From Polyangiaceae bacterium (lineage in GTDB: Bacteria; Myxococcota_A; Polyangia; Polyangiales; Polyangiaceae): a stretch of DNA of 64,000 nt. The first letter of the stretch is position 1. Each line of letters starts with the position of its first letter. This document shows, in pieces, positions 38,500 through 49,078 of the stretch. The position numbers were made by a program, and so were the translations under genes. Location of the stretch: the NCBI GenBank assembly GCA_050287085.1, contig JBNKBE010000001.1, forward strand, positions 386,493-450,492, written 5' to 3'. Below the pieces are notes generated by a model. The model saw only the letters and a program-made list of their open reading frames with translations. It did no database searches and had not been told where the DNA came from.

Positions 38500-40212
38500 T
38501 CAATGGGCCGCTTGTGGGCTGATTGGCGCGGGCTGTGGTATCCGCTTGAGCAGGGGAAATCCTCCCGCCGGCGTCCGCAATTCAAGCTCTTCGAACAGAA
38601 GATCAGGGACGCTGGCGGTCACCATGAGGGGCAAGGCGCCAGTCTCAACCCGCAAGTTCAGAACGTGAAGCTGACTGCCCGCGCTTACGATATCCCGAAG
38701 CTGGCGCGGAACCACCTCCAGAAGCGTCCCACCACGAACCCGCTCCTGTCGACCATCCGGATACAGCCGGTAGATGGCCAACGGGGCAGGCAACGCGCCG
38801 CCGCCAGAAGCGTACCCCCGAGGCTCCATGGCCCGGATGATCAGCGCGTACTCAAGCCCCTGCTCTCGCGCTATGCCCAGCAAACGGCTGCGCAACGCAG
38901 CGCGCGAGCTTGGGCGGTGATTGCGTACAAGCAAATGCCCGACGTGCGCTCGGGGAACGCCTGAAAGGCCTGAGCGGGCATGACCGGTGCTGCCGCTCAG
39001 GTAGCGGTTAGCCGCCCTCGACATCAGCAGCGTCTCGAGACGTCCAGAGCGGATAAGCTCAACGCCCAGGGGCGCCACCCCCTGCTCATCGAATCCGTAG
39101 TGCCCCGCCACGATACTCTCTTGCAGCTTCGATACCGTGGGGTCATCCAGAACCGACAGAAACGACGGCAACACTCGCTTTCCAATGCGCCGCCCCCACG
39201 CCGGCGGCTCCAAGTCAGCCACTGGCGTTCCTGAAAGCTGGGGCGACAGTACGTCGTAGAAGAATTGGGGCGCTGCGCCGTCCTCAAATAAGACCGGCCC
39301 ACTGTAGTCCTCCATGAGGGGTGCTTGCAGTGCTTCGAGCGTGCCGTCGCGAACGCGCCGAGCGGCTCGCCTGACAACGTCCACCACGTGCAGCTCGCCT
39401 TGCTCGCGCGCCAGCAGGAAGCTCTCGACCGTGCGCAAGGGCATTCCGTCGGGCGCTTGTGTCTCGGCGTGAATCCGGACTTCGACCAACGAAGTCGCTT
39501 CGTACGCGCGGGCGCCTTCCGTAGATACGAAGACGCGCTCATCACACCAGGCCGAGATCGTCACGCCCGAGGATTGAATTCCGACGTGCGATAGCTCACT
39601 CGAGCCTGCCACAGCTGCGGCACGCAGGTCGTCCAGCACAGGCAAGGTCAAGGCCTGACCTCCGCCAGCGCGTACCACCGGCGCCGGCGCAAAGTCCACC
39701 GGAGGCGGATAGGACAATGTCGCCGAGGCACGCGCACTTTGCTTCTGCTCGAGAGCATCGCTAGCAACCCGATAGGCCGCATCAAACGCTGGCCAGAGCG
39801 CATACTCCAATGCGCCTGGAGCCGACTCCAAAGGCACACGCAACAAGGCGGGTCCCCCGACCTCGTCGTCCGACGGACTGAAGTTGCTGTTATCGAGCTG
39901 AGGACTTCCAACACGCAACATCGGAAGTGCTACGTGAAGCTCCGCGGGCCCCTCCGAGACAACAGCGCCGAGGCTGGCTTCAACGTGGTAGGAACGAATG
40001 GCCGCGTAGTGAGTGGCGGCCAGGTACGGATGAGCACGCCCCTTTGTATGGAGCTGCAGTGCGCGTTGCTGCTCCCGCTGCAATGCATCGGCCACCTGCG
40101 TCCAGCTATCCCCCAAGGGCGTCGCGTTTCCCACTGAGGCCCACGAAAGAAGGCAGATCTGGGCAAGCACGGTAGCCCAGCTCGCGCTCCTAGGTCGGTG
40201 AGGCAACCGCAT
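38500..40212 (-). CDS. TldE/PmbA-like partner protein, exported, lacking HExxxH
   Basis: TldD-related fold (RVGSPQLDN, YSGPVLFE, DDPT, G.Y.FDEQGV, GHAR) plus a signal peptide. TGATG overlap with the upstream tldD. Confidence 0.82.
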   Translation of the reverse strand: MRLPHRPRSASWATVLAQICLLSWASVGNATPLGDSWTQVADALQREQQRALQLHTKGRAHPYLAATHYAAIRSYHVEASLGAVVSEGPAELHVALPMLRVGSPQLDNSNFSPSDDEVGGPALLRVPLESAPGALEYALWPAFDAAYRVASDALEQKQSARASATLSYPPPVDFAPAPVVRAGGGQALTLPVLDDLRAAAVAGSSELSHVGIQSSGVTISAWCDERVFVSTEGARAYEATSLVEVRIHAETQAPDGMPLRTVESFLLAREQGELHVVDVVRRAARRVRDGTLEALQAPLMEDYSGPVLFEDGAAPQFFYDVLSPQLSGTPVADLEPPAWGRRIGKRVLPSFLSVLDDPTVSKLQESIVAGHYGFDEQGVAPLGVELIRSGRLETLLMSRAANRYLSGSTGHARSGLSGVPRAHVGHLLVRNHRPSSRAALRSRLLGIAREQGLEYALIIRAMEPRGYASGGGALPAPLAIYRLYPDGRQERVRGGTLLEVVPRQLRDIVSAGSQLHVLNLRVETGALPLMVTASVPDLLFEELELRTPAGGFPLLKRIPQPAPISPQAAH

Positions 40213-42065
40213 CAAAGCTTGGGCCCTCCCGCCGGGCTCGGCGAACGGCCCACAGCAGGGCGGAGCGATGCCATTGCCCGAGGTGAGGTGGAGACCACGG
40301 GAGGGGGCAAGAGCGGTGGACGTTCCGAGCCGACTTCCTTGCGAGCCACTTCGAGTTCCGTAATCAACATATCCGGTGCCACCGCGGACACCGGAACCCA
40401 ACCGGACTCAGCACCACACATGCCGTTGAAGACGTGAAGCTCGCTTCCGACATGCGCCACCTTGGAAAGCGCCAGCAGCGGGGTGCCTTCGATATCCACG
40501 CCCCGCACCAACTCCTCGTGTCCGTCCACAAACATCCGGTAGACCATCACCGGCAATACTTTGAACGCTTGAGCATCGCCACGCTGGGTCTGCGTATAGC
40601 CGCCTTCAATTTCTTCAAAGCGGAGCGCGTATTCAAGTCCGCGGGCGCGGGTCAGCGCGATCAAGCGCTCGCGCAGCGTCGCAGCTGGAAGGCCAGCGCG
40701 GGGATGCGCCACGAGGTTGGCTTGTCGTGCGACGGCCGCATACCCCGGCTGTCGCCGTCCATGCCCGTTCGAATCATGAAACGTCAGAACAGGCGTGCGA
40801 GACATCAAGAAGCCCTTCAGCACACCGGCCTCCACCAGGGTTGCGCGTCCTGCAGCAACCCCCTCATCATCAAAGAGGTAGTGCCCGTTCAGTGGGTAGG
40901 GCCCAAGCTGGAGCAAACGCGGATCGTCATAGATGTCGAGGGTTGGTAGCATTACCTGCTGGCCGATACGCCCCGCAAAGGTCTGTCCTTCGTTGCGAGC
41001 CTGTTGACGGTGGCCCTCGACGCGATGACCCAACACTTCATGGAGAAACACCCCAGCAGCTCGACCTTCCAGCAGAGCGGGCCCCACGTAGGGCTCGACA
41101 GCGGGAGCGGCCACAAGCGCCGCGACGTCGCGCAACGTCTGACGGAATGCTGCTTCGATTTCCTCTCGCGCCGGCAACTCGGCCAGCGTTCGCGCGTGAA
41201 ACGCACGAGAGCGTCCTACGCTCATGCCATCGGATGTGACGGCGCCGGCACTGAGGTCCAGTCGAACCCGACCGTAGTGCAGCTCCTGCTCTGCCCCTTC
41301 GGTATTGACGAAAGTACGCGTCTCCTCTTCGATCGAAAGGCTCATCCCCGATTCTTGAATCGCCGCTTCTCCCCGTCCAAGGGCGGAGAGCTCGCGCACA
41401 AGTTCGCGGAAGCGCGAAAGCTCGCTCGGCGTCGTCACCGGTGCCGGACGGGCCTCGAAGAACTTGGCGGCGGGAGCAGCACTGAAGTCGAAGTGGGGCT
41501 CATCCGTGGGCACCTCGACTTCAGCGCTGGCCCGCGCGCGCAGCAAAGCCGCGCGCGCCGCTTCGTACTCGGCCTCCGTTGCCAACCAAATGGCGTTGCG
41601 AACTGCAAGTTCACCGGACGAGTCTTCCGTCAACGGTAGCGGATGGGCTCCGCGATACGTATTGTCCGCGATGTCCCCATGGATCGGATGCGTGTTGTCG
41701 AGCCGCGGATCACCCAGTCGAATATCGACGTTCAACTGCCGAGACTCGTCACTATCATCGGCCACGATGGCGCCAAAACGAGCGCTGACGTCAACACTTC
41801 GCTGGTGCACAACCTGGAAGCTCGCGTAGTAGGGGGGGTCATCAGTGGCCGCGAGCACCCCCACCGATCGACTGAGTTCATCACTCAACACTTCCACGAG
41901 GTGCGAACGAGGTCCACTCCTCTCAGGCTCCGGCGCGGCAAGCGTAAACGAATAGTGAAGAGGTTCAGGCAGCTCGAGCGACGGCGCCCGCAGTGCCCCT
42001 GCCGGAGACTTGGACGTACAAGCGCCGAGCACGACCAACGCCAGCAGGCTAGCCGCGCGCATCAT
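40212..42065 (-). CDS. tldD: TldD/PmbA-family zinc metallopeptidase, lipoprotein
   Basis: FLHEVLGHRVEG zinc motif, DDEGV, SNGHGR, CGAESG (third-ligand Cys region), LGAC lipobox. Confidence 0.9.
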   Translation of the reverse strand: MMRAASLLALVVLGACTSKSPAGALRAPSLELPEPLHYSFTLAAPEPERSGPRSHLVEVLSDELSRSVGVLAATDDPPYYASFQVVHQRSVDVSARFGAIVADDSDESRQLNVDIRLGDPRLDNTHPIHGDIADNTYRGAHPLPLTEDSSGELAVRNAIWLATEAEYEAARAALLRARASAEVEVPTDEPHFDFSAAPAAKFFEARPAPVTTPSELSRFRELVRELSALGRGEAAIQESGMSLSIEEETRTFVNTEGAEQELHYGRVRLDLSAGAVTSDGMSVGRSRAFHARTLAELPAREEIEAAFRQTLRDVAALVAAPAVEPYVGPALLEGRAAGVFLHEVLGHRVEGHRQQARNEGQTFAGRIGQQVMLPTLDIYDDPRLLQLGPYPLNGHYLFDDEGVAAGRATLVEAGVLKGFLMSRTPVLTFHDSNGHGRRQPGYAAVARQANLVAHPRAGLPAATLRERLIALTRARGLEYALRFEEIEGGYTQTQRGDAQAFKVLPVMVYRMFVDGHEELVRGVDIEGTPLLALSKVAHVGSELHVFNGMCGAESGWVPVSAVAPDMLITELEVARKEVGSERPPLLPPPVVSTSPRAMASLRPAVGRSPSPAGGPKL

Positions 42066-42829
42066 TGTTCGCAATCGCCCAGGTGATAGATAGCCTGGGT
42101 ATCGTCGGAAACGTGCTTGATCGCAAATGTGCCCGCCTTGCTCTTGACCGGCTGTCCCTGTCGCAAACGCTGAGGAGCCGCGCCGGTGACGCGCGCCACT
42201 GACTCCTCCCAGGGCATGCCCGGTGCCGCAAACACGTCGAGGCAGCGCGCTGCCGCATCATCGCCCGGACGCGAGAAATGGAAAGTGTAAGACTCCGAAC
42301 CGCTTTCGGCTTTCAATTCTCCAGCGTTCTCTTGAATGCGAAAATCTCGTCTCTTGAAATGAGCCAATGCCTGCGCCCAGTTCATGCTCACCACCTGAGG
42401 CCCTCGGCAGCGGATCGGTTTTCCATTCTGCCGGCTCTGATAGGTCTGGCCGGAAGGGCAATTCGGATCGCCGTCTTTCTCCCATTGAGCCAGCTCTTCC
42501 GGAGTCGGAGGCTTGTTCTCACCAGAGCGCTCAAGATATTCGCTCATGCTCTGAAGTTTGCGTCGCACAGCGCGTAGCTGCTTCAATTCCTCCACCAGCT
42601 CGGCTCTCTCGCAAGCGGTCAAAGCCCCCGTGACAGCGTCCAGCGCGCCGTTCACTGAGGTCACCTCCTTCGGGTTAACGTGCTCCACGAGCGCATGGGC
42701 CGCCAAGTAGTCTGAGCGACACCGCTCAACCTCTGCGCTATTGCAAGCGCCGCAAGCGACGCCCAGCCATCCCCAGAATACAGCCCGTCTCCATCTTCGG
42801 AATGTCCCGATCACGCTTGCCTGCGTCAC
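42062..42829 (-). CDS. Hypothetical Cys-containing lipoprotein
   Basis: CGAC lipobox after a hydrophobic stretch. 4-bp overlaps with both neighbours. Confidence 0.75.
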   Translation of the reverse strand: MTQASVIGTFRRWRRAVFWGWLGVACGACNSAEVERCRSDYLAAHALVEHVNPKEVTSVNGALDAVTGALTACERAELVEELKQLRAVRRKLQSMSEYLERSGENKPPTPEELAQWEKDGDPNCPSGQTYQSRQNGKPIRCRGPQVVSMNWAQALAHFKRRDFRIQENAGELKAESGSESYTFHFSRPGDDAAARCLDVFAAPGMPWEESVARVTGAAPQRLRQGQPVKSKAGTFAIKHVSDDTQAIYHLGDCEQ

Positions 42830-43671
42830 TTTCCTTCACCCCCATGCTCGCCGGCAAGCCGCTCGGGCGCCCCGACCAATTCAACCAGCGTGTCCAGCGC
42901 CAACGCGATGGCATCTTCTTCCGCGTGCTGCGCCGCATCGGTTCTGACGAAAGGCTGATCGTGCTCACCAATGACAGCCAGTACGGCACCCGCTAGAATT
43001 CCTCCCCGCGGCGTCCCCAAAGCCACAGACCCCAGTTGAGCCAACACGAATAGGTGAGCGCATTCCATTTCGGAAGCAAGAACACCGGCGCGCGCGAGCA
43101 GGCGGTTGTACTCAAGGTGACGAGCGGCGCTCGGCCCGTAGCCAAGCTCTCGCGCGTAGAGGGTATCTTTGGTGTGCACCGGCCCGAAATGCGCACGCCC
43201 GCGCAAGAGGCAACGTTGCACCGCAGCTTGACAGGACAAGAGCAGCGGCCAGGAGGCTAGCGCAGGGAACTCGCGGGGAATGTAGTCATCACTGGCGGCT
43301 TCGTCGCGTACCGCGGCCGTCGCAACCACAACGTCGCCAGTATGCACATCCGGCTGCAATGAACCACTGGTACCGACTCGTAGTAGAACCCGTGCCCCCA
43401 ACTCGATCAACTCGGTAGCGATGAGGTCGATGCTGGGGCATCCCATGCCCGTCGAAACGGTGGCCACATCCAGCGAGACGCCGCCCCGGCGCAGGATCCC
43501 TAGGTGCAGATCGTGACCGCGGGGATGTTCCTGCGTGCGGCGCGCCTCGAAATGCTCAGCGAGCTGCAAGGCTCGATGTCGCGACCCGGGGAGCAACACA
43601 AAGCGCCCCCGACCGCCATTTCCCTCGAAATCGCCCGGTGCAGCCGACAGGTGAATAGGCTCAAACGACAC
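42826..43671 (-). CDS. Nucleoside phosphorylase (uridine/purine PNP_UDP_1 family)
   Basis: LLPGS..RA, STGMGCPS, LRVGTSGSLQ, AVRDE, EMECA. Confidence 0.9.
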   Translation of the reverse strand: MSFEPIHLSAAPGDFEGNGGRGRFVLLPGSRHRALQLAEHFEARRTQEHPRGHDLHLGILRRGGVSLDVATVSTGMGCPSIDLIATELIELGARVLLRVGTSGSLQPDVHTGDVVVATAAVRDEAASDDYIPREFPALASWPLLLSCQAAVQRCLLRGRAHFGPVHTKDTLYARELGYGPSAARHLEYNRLLARAGVLASEMECAHLFVLAQLGSVALGTPRGGILAGAVLAVIGEHDQPFVRTDAAQHAEEDAIALALDTLVELVGAPERLAGEHGGEGK

Positions 43672-43740
43672 GACGAGAAACCTAGCACCAACCCGCGGAC
43701 GAAGTCACAAAAGCGGGTCGTATGCCCATCCAGGTCACAG

Positions 43741-44649
43741 TCAGCGGCGACGCGCGCCGGTCGGCCGCTGCGCTTGGAGTAGCGCCTGGGAGAACGAGGC
43801 CGCCGCCGTGGTCAGCGTTCTTCCGGCTTTCGAGATAAGAGCGAGCTGACGCCGAATGCGAAGGCCCCGAACCGGAATCGCCACAACGCCAGGGGATCCG
43901 CGTCCGGAGCTCTGGACGGCAAGCTCACTCACGAAGGCAAGTGAGCCGGTGCTTTCCACCATTCGCAGGATGGCCGCAACGCTCCGGAGTTCCATCACCA
44001 CATTGACCTCGACCCCGGCCGCCAGGAGCGCCGAATCGATCAAGCGACGCATGGCGGTGTCCGACTCAAAGCCGACAAACGAGCGTCCCCGAAGCTCGGC
44101 CGCCGCGACGGCTCGCGCCCCAGCAAGGGGATCTTCACGCCCCGCAACGAGCACGACCCGGTCGTGACGTAGGCGCGCCGCCGCGATGGCGGAATGGCGA
44201 TTGGGCAACGTGACAACCCCCAATTCCAAGTCCTCGTTCAAGACCGCCTCCTCAATCTCCCGACTCCCCGCTTCGCGAAGCTGGAAGACGACCTCGGGGT
44301 GGGTCTTGCGAAATTGAGCAATGACGTTGGGGAGGATGAACGCCACAGCGGTAGCCCCTCCCCCGATCCGCACTCGCCCGGCCGATAGCGCCCGACGCTC
44401 TGCCAAAGTGCGCTTCAGCTCCTCGAAACGGCGGAGCAATGCTCCTCCTTCCTCGACTGCCAACTGCCCCAATTCGGTGAGCGCGACACTACGTCCGACC
44501 GACTGCAACAGGGGAGCTTCTAGCGTTTGCTCGAGCTGCTTGAGGCGTCGCGAAAGCGCCGATTGTGAAATGCCGAGCTGTAAGGCGGCTGCCGTAACCG
44601 TCCCGCAACGCGCCACGGCTACGAGTGATGTCATCAACTCGAGGTCCAC
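43741..44649 (-). CDS. LysR-family transcriptional regulator divergent from acnB
   Basis: HTH GTVTAAALQLGISQSALSRRLKQLE, LTELG, and the substrate-binding domain. GTG start estimated. Confidence 0.92.
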   Translation of the reverse strand: MDLELMTSLVAVARCGTVTAAALQLGISQSALSRRLKQLEQTLEAPLLQSVGRSVALTELGQLAVEEGGALLRRFEELKRTLAERRALSAGRVRIGGGATAVAFILPNVIAQFRKTHPEVVFQLREAGSREIEEAVLNEDLELGVVTLPNRHSAIAAARLRHDRVVLVAGREDPLAGARAVAAAELRGRSFVGFESDTAMRRLIDSALLAAGVEVNVVMELRSVAAILRMVESTGSLAFVSELAVQSSGRGSPGVVAIPVRGLRIRRQLALISKAGRTLTTAAASFSQALLQAQRPTGARRR

Positions 44650-44679
44650 GGTTGCCAACCCTATCGCGCTCCCATACAC

Positions 44680-44746
44680 ATGCAAGCTTTCGATTAATTC
44701 TATGCAAATAAGGCATTGGACGCATAGGTCTGACGTCCGCTACAGT
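44680..44746 (+). promoter_or_regulatory. Tandem LysR boxes and sigma70-like acnB promoter
   Basis: ATGCAAGCTTTCGAT (44680) and the perfect dyad ATGC-N7-GCAT (44702) are both T-N11-A, 22 bp apart. Then TGGACG-N18-TACAGT. Confidence 0.65.
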
Positions 44747-44817
44747 GTTGCCCGGATCGCAGGTGCGCTCACGACTCCGGTCGTGAAGGCAGCGCCTCTC
44801 ACCCCCTGGAGCCAGTC

Positions 44818-47394
44818 ATGCTAGAGCAATACGAAAAGCACGTCGCAGAACGCCAAGCCCAAGGCATCGTGCCACTCCCCCTGAGCGCAGCTCAGGTCAA
44901 AGCCCTCACAGAGCTCTTGCTCTCTCCCCCCGCCGGTCAAGAGGAGCTGTTGCTGTCGCTGCTGTCCGATCGGGTACCACCAGGTGTGGACGAAGCTGCG
45001 GAGGTCAAAGCCCAATTCCTCGGGGACGTGGCACAGGGCAAGTTGAGCTCACCGCTGGTTTCCCGGGAGCGTGCCGTGGAACTGCTCGGCACCATGCTCG
45101 GTGGCTACAACGTGGCCCCCCTGGTTGCGCTGCTGAGCGATAGCGGACTGTCGGCCAAGGCCGCCGCGGAGCTGTCCAAGACGCTGATCGTCGGAGAGGG
45201 CTTCGAGCAGGTCGTAGAACTGGCCAATGGCGGCAACTCCGACGCAAAACAAGTCTTGCAGAGCTGGGCTGCGGGCGACTGGTTCCAGCACCGCCCCAAG
45301 GTGGCGGAGAAGATAAGCGTCACCGTATTCAAGGTCCCCGGAGAAACGAATACCGACGACCTCTCGCCCGCTCAAGACGCGTGGTCTCGCCCCGACATCC
45401 CCCTGCATGCCCTCGCTATGCTGAAGGAGGACCGCGAAGGCCTCACGAACGCGATTGCCACTTTGCAGCAGCTCAAGAGCAAGGGTCACCCGATCGCGTA
45501 CGTGGGTGATGTTGTTGGCACTGGCTCATCGCGCAAGAGCGCCACCAATAGCGTCTTGTGGTACATCGGTGAAGACATTCCCTACGTGCCCAACAAGCGC
45601 ACCGGAGGCGTGGTGCTCGGAGGCAAGATAGCCCCCATCTTCTTCAACACCATGAAAGACTCGGGGGCCCTCCCCATAGAGTGTGACGTTTCCAAGCTCG
45701 CGATGGGCGATGTCATTCACATTTTTCCCTATCAGGGAAAGATTGAAAACGAGAGCGGCGAGGTCATCAGCACGTTCAGCCTCTCCACCGACGTACTACT
45801 CGACGAAGTCCAGGCGGGAGGTCGTATTCCGCTGATCATTGGCCGCAATCTCACGACCCGCGCGCGCGGTGCGCTCGGCTTGGGGGCCTCTGACTTGTTC
45901 CGCTCACCGCCGGCGCCGGCCGCAAGCGACAAGGGCTTCACTCTGGCCCAGAAGATCGTAGGCCGAGCCTGTGGACTACCCGGCGTACGCCCAGGCCAAT
46001 ACTGCGAGCCGAAGATGGGCGCGGTAGGTTCACAAGACACCACGGGGCCCATGACGCGCGACGAGCTCAAGGAGCTCGCGTGCCTGAGCTTCAGTGCCGA
46101 CTTGGTGATGCAGTCCTTCTGTCACACTGCCGCGTACCCCAAACCGGTCGACATCGAGACACAGCACACCTTGCCCGAGTTCTTCATGCAGCGCGGCGGT
46201 ATCGCCTTGCGCGCTGGCGATGGAATCATTCATTCCTGGCTCAATCGCATGCTGCTCCCCGATCAGGTAGGTACCGGCGGAGACTCCCACACTCGGTTTC
46301 CGCTGGGTATCTCATTCCCCGCGGGCTCAGGCTTGGTGGCTTTCGCTGCCGCGCAGGGAGTCATGCCTCTGGATATGCCAGAGTCCATACTCGTGCGATT
46401 CAAGGGCGAGATGCAGCCCGGAGTCACCTTGCGCGATCTGGTCAATGCCATTCCTTGGGTTGCCATCAAGAGTGGGGACCTCACGGTCGCCAAACAGGGC
46501 AAGAAGAACATCTACAGTGGGCGTATCATCGAGATCGAGGGCTTGCCCGATCTGAAGGTAGAACAGGCCTTTGAGCTCAGCGATGCAACCGCCGAGCGCT
46601 CGGCCGCAGGGTGCACAATCCGACTGGGCGAAGCTCCGATCCGAGAGTACTTGACGAGCAACATCGTCATGTTGCGCTGGATGATCGCCGAAGGGTACGG
46701 CGACACCAAGACCCTGCAGCGCCGTGCGGACCAGATGCAAGCCTGGCTGGACAATCCTGTTTTGCTTCAGCCGGATGCTGACGCTGAGTACCACAAGGTA
46801 TTTGAGATCGACCTGAGCCAGATCACGGAGCCGCTCCTGGCATGCCCGAACGATCCCGATGATATCAAGCCCCTCAGTGAAGTAGCCGGTACACCGATCG
46901 ACGAAGTCTTCGTGGGGTCGTGCATGACCAACATCGGTCACTTTCGAGCCGCCGCCAAGCTGCTGAGGGACTACGGCGACGTGGTACCCACCCGCCTGTG
47001 GGTGGCTCCCCCCACCAAGATGGACAAGACCCAATTGATGGAGGAAGGGCACTACAACGCCTTCGCGCTTGCCGGGGCCCGAACGGAAGTTCCCGGGTGC
47101 TCGCTGTGCATGGGTAATCAGGCGCGAGTGGCCCCCAAGTCCACGGTGGTGTCCACTTCCACGCGGAACTTTCCCAACCGCCTCGGCAAAGGAGCCAACG
47201 TGTTCTTGGCATCGGCCGAATTGGCGGCGGTCGCGGCTATTGTCGGCAAGCTGCCCACCCACGCGGAGTACCTTAAGTACACTCAGCAGCTCGATCCGAT
47301 GGCAGGGGACATCTACCGCTACCTCAACTTCAACGAGCTCCCCGCGTACACCAAACCTGCCTCCCAAGGCCACGTATCCCTTCCGCTGGTGTGA
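44818..47394 (+). CDS. acnB: Bifunctional aconitate hydratase 2 / 2-methylisocitrate dehydratase
   Basis: [35 protein letters not shown], [4Fe-4S] Cys motifs ([13 protein letters not shown]). 858 aa. Confidence 0.98.
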   Translation: MLEQYEKHVAERQAQGIVPLPLSAAQVKALTELLLSPPAGQEELLLSLLSDRVPPGVDEAAEVKAQFLGDVAQGKLSSPLVSRERAVELLGTMLGGYNVAPLVALLSDSGLSAKAAAELSKTLIVGEGFEQVVELANGGNSDAKQVLQSWAAGDWFQHRPKVAEKISVTVFKVPGETNTDDLSPAQDAWSRPDIPLHALAMLKEDREGLTNAIATLQQLKSKGHPIAYVGDVVGTGSSRKSATNSVLWYIGEDIPYVPNKRTGGVVLGGKIAPIFFNTMKDSGALPIECDVSKLAMGDVIHIFPYQGKIENESGEVISTFSLSTDVLLDEVQAGGRIPLIIGRNLTTRARGALGLGASDLFRSPPAPAASDKGFTLAQKIVGRACGLPGVRPGQYCEPKMGAVGSQDTTGPMTRDELKELACLSFSADLVMQSFCHTAAYPKPVDIETQHTLPEFFMQRGGIALRAGDGIIHSWLNRMLLPDQVGTGGDSHTRFPLGISFPAGSGLVAFAAAQGVMPLDMPESILVRFKGEMQPGVTLRDLVNAIPWVAIKSGDLTVAKQGKKNIYSGRIIEIEGLPDLKVEQAFELSDATAERSAAGCTIRLGEAPIREYLTSNIVMLRWMIAEGYGDTKTLQRRADQMQAWLDNPVLLQPDADAEYHKVFEIDLSQITEPLLACPNDPDDIKPLSEVAGTPIDEVFVGSCMTNIGHFRAAAKLLRDYGDVVPTRLWVAPPTKMDKTQLMEEGHYNAFALAGARTEVPGCSLCMGNQARVAPKSTVVSTSTRNFPNRLGKGANVFLASAELAAVAAIVGKLPTHAEYLKYTQQLDPMAGDIYRYLNFNELPAYTKPASQGHVSLPLV

Positions 47395-48134
47395 AAGGAA
47401 CAACGTTCATTACCGGAGCAAGCTCCGGCCTGGGCTTGGCGCTGGCTGAGCGCAGCTTGTACGAGGGTTATCGCGTAGTGGCCCTGCAGCGCCGAAGTTC
47501 GGCGCTGCGGGTTCACCCCGAGTACAGCGAGGTCTTGGTGGACTTGGCAGGTCCTGAGTCCGCCGTAAACGACGCCGTCTGCGCCGCGCTCTCGGGTACA
47601 CAGAGGCTCGATCGCGTCATTCTGAACGCTGGCGCGCTCGGTTCGATTCAAGATCTGGGCGAGAGCCCTCTGGCGGCCCTGCGCGACCTGATGGATATCA
47701 ACCTGTGGGCGAATAAGACAGTCCTGGACGCCCTCTTTGCCCAGGACATCCCCGTTCAGCAGGTGATCGGCATCTCGTCTGGAGCCGCGGTTTCCGGCAG
47801 CCGCGGTTGGGGAGGGTACGCGCTCAGCAAAGCGGCTTTCGTCATGTTGCTCAGACTCTACGCAGCAGAGCGACCTCAAACGCACTTCGCGTCCCTGGCC
47901 CCGGGCCTCGTCGACACCGCAATGCAGGACTATCTTTGCGGCCTACCACCTCAAGTCGCGGAGCAATTCCCTAGCGTGAAGCGAATTCAGAGCGCTCGCG
48001 GGACTGACACCATGCCAACTGCCAGTCAGGTTGCCGAGCAGCTGCTCCCCGCACTGGATGCCCTGCTGGGCGAGCCGAGTGGTGCGTACGTGGATATTCG
48101 GACCTGGAAACATCGACATGCCGAAGAGGCATGA
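47391..48134 (+). CDS. Short-chain dehydrogenase/reductase (sepiapterin/benzil reductase-like)
   Basis: [37 protein letters not shown] overlap with acnB. Confidence 0.9.
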   Translation: MKGTTFITGASSGLGLALAERSLYEGYRVVALQRRSSALRVHPEYSEVLVDLAGPESAVNDAVCAALSGTQRLDRVILNAGALGSIQDLGESPLAALRDLMDINLWANKTVLDALFAQDIPVQQVIGISSGAAVSGSRGWGGYALSKAAFVMLLRLYAAERPQTHFASLAPGLVDTAMQDYLCGLPPQVAEQFPSVKRIQSARGTDTMPTASQVAEQLLPALDALLGEPSGAYVDIRTWKHRHAEEA

Positions 48135-48233
48135 GCCGAAGCCGCCGAGGACAGCTGGCTCCGCCAAGCCCCGCTCGGCTCTCGGTTGGATGCCTCGCAG
48201 ACCTCGAATCCAGCAACGGAGTCGGGCAACGCA

Positions 48234-48749
48234 ATGAACAAATCCGGCGAAGAAATGCAAAGAGCGCGAGAGCTAAAGGCGAAGATCGTAGCGGCCGTGT
48301 GCGTTGAGCTGAGCCGTGAAGTGGACACCAAGACGCGTTCTGCCCTGGCGGCGCATGACGCGGCGACCCACGCAGAAGCCAAACCTGAAAACGACAAAGA
48401 CACACGCAGTGTGGAAGCGGCCTACCTCGCTGGCGCGCAGGCTGCCCGTGCCTCCGAGGCGTTGGAGCGTATTGCACAACTCCGCGCCATCGAGCTTCCT
48501 GATTTTTCCCCCCAAACCCCGATCGCCAGTGGAGCGCTGATCACCGTTGACGAAGAAGGTGAACGAAGCGAGCTCCTACTACTGCCCGTGGGCGGAGGCA
48601 GTGACGTCGAGGTCGAAGGAGTGCACTACCGAACCATCACCCCCACGTCACCCCTTGGCAGCGTTCTGCTCGGTGCGATCCAGGGTGACGCGGTCGAACT
48701 GCGGACCCCGCGCGGCCTGCGCGAACTTGCCATCGAAGCGGTACGGTGA
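48234..48749 (+). CDS. GreA/GreB-family protein
   Basis: ATH.EAKPENDKDTR..EA.YLA, C-terminal ITPTSPLG..LLG...GD.V. Confidence 0.85.
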   Translation: MNKSGEEMQRARELKAKIVAAVCVELSREVDTKTRSALAAHDAATHAEAKPENDKDTRSVEAAYLAGAQAARASEALERIAQLRAIELPDFSPQTPIASGALITVDEEGERSELLLLPVGGGSDVEVEGVHYRTITPTSPLGSVLLGAIQGDAVELRTPRGLRELAIEAVR

Positions 48750-49078
48750 CGCAAAGCGTCATCCGAGTAAAAGTGCGACGGCCCTGTAGTCGGTTGTGCA
48801 CTTCGAGTCAAAGGGGTTGAGCCCTTAAAGTGCCGCTAGCCATCGGCTGGACACATTGTTTCCAGGAAGTAAGCCAAAACTGGCTTCCCGTCCGCCCGAT
48901 AGCGTTGGCAATCCGGGGATTTACCAGCGTTTTTGCGTGCACTCGCCACCTGAAACGCTGTTGAAATACAGAGGCCCATAGAAACCAAGCGTCCACGAAG
49001 GCCCCTGAACCCACCTGTGAGTGCAGTATGGAACTGGCCGGACGCACCTAATCAAACCAGGAATTAGGAGTCTCTTAC

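Noticed and set aside
46327..47403. Long antisense ORFs (also 12992..13951, 6051..6911, 22978..23943, 49661..50440)
   Set aside because: Shadow ORFs opposite well-supported genes, expected in high-GC DNA. No recognisable motifs.
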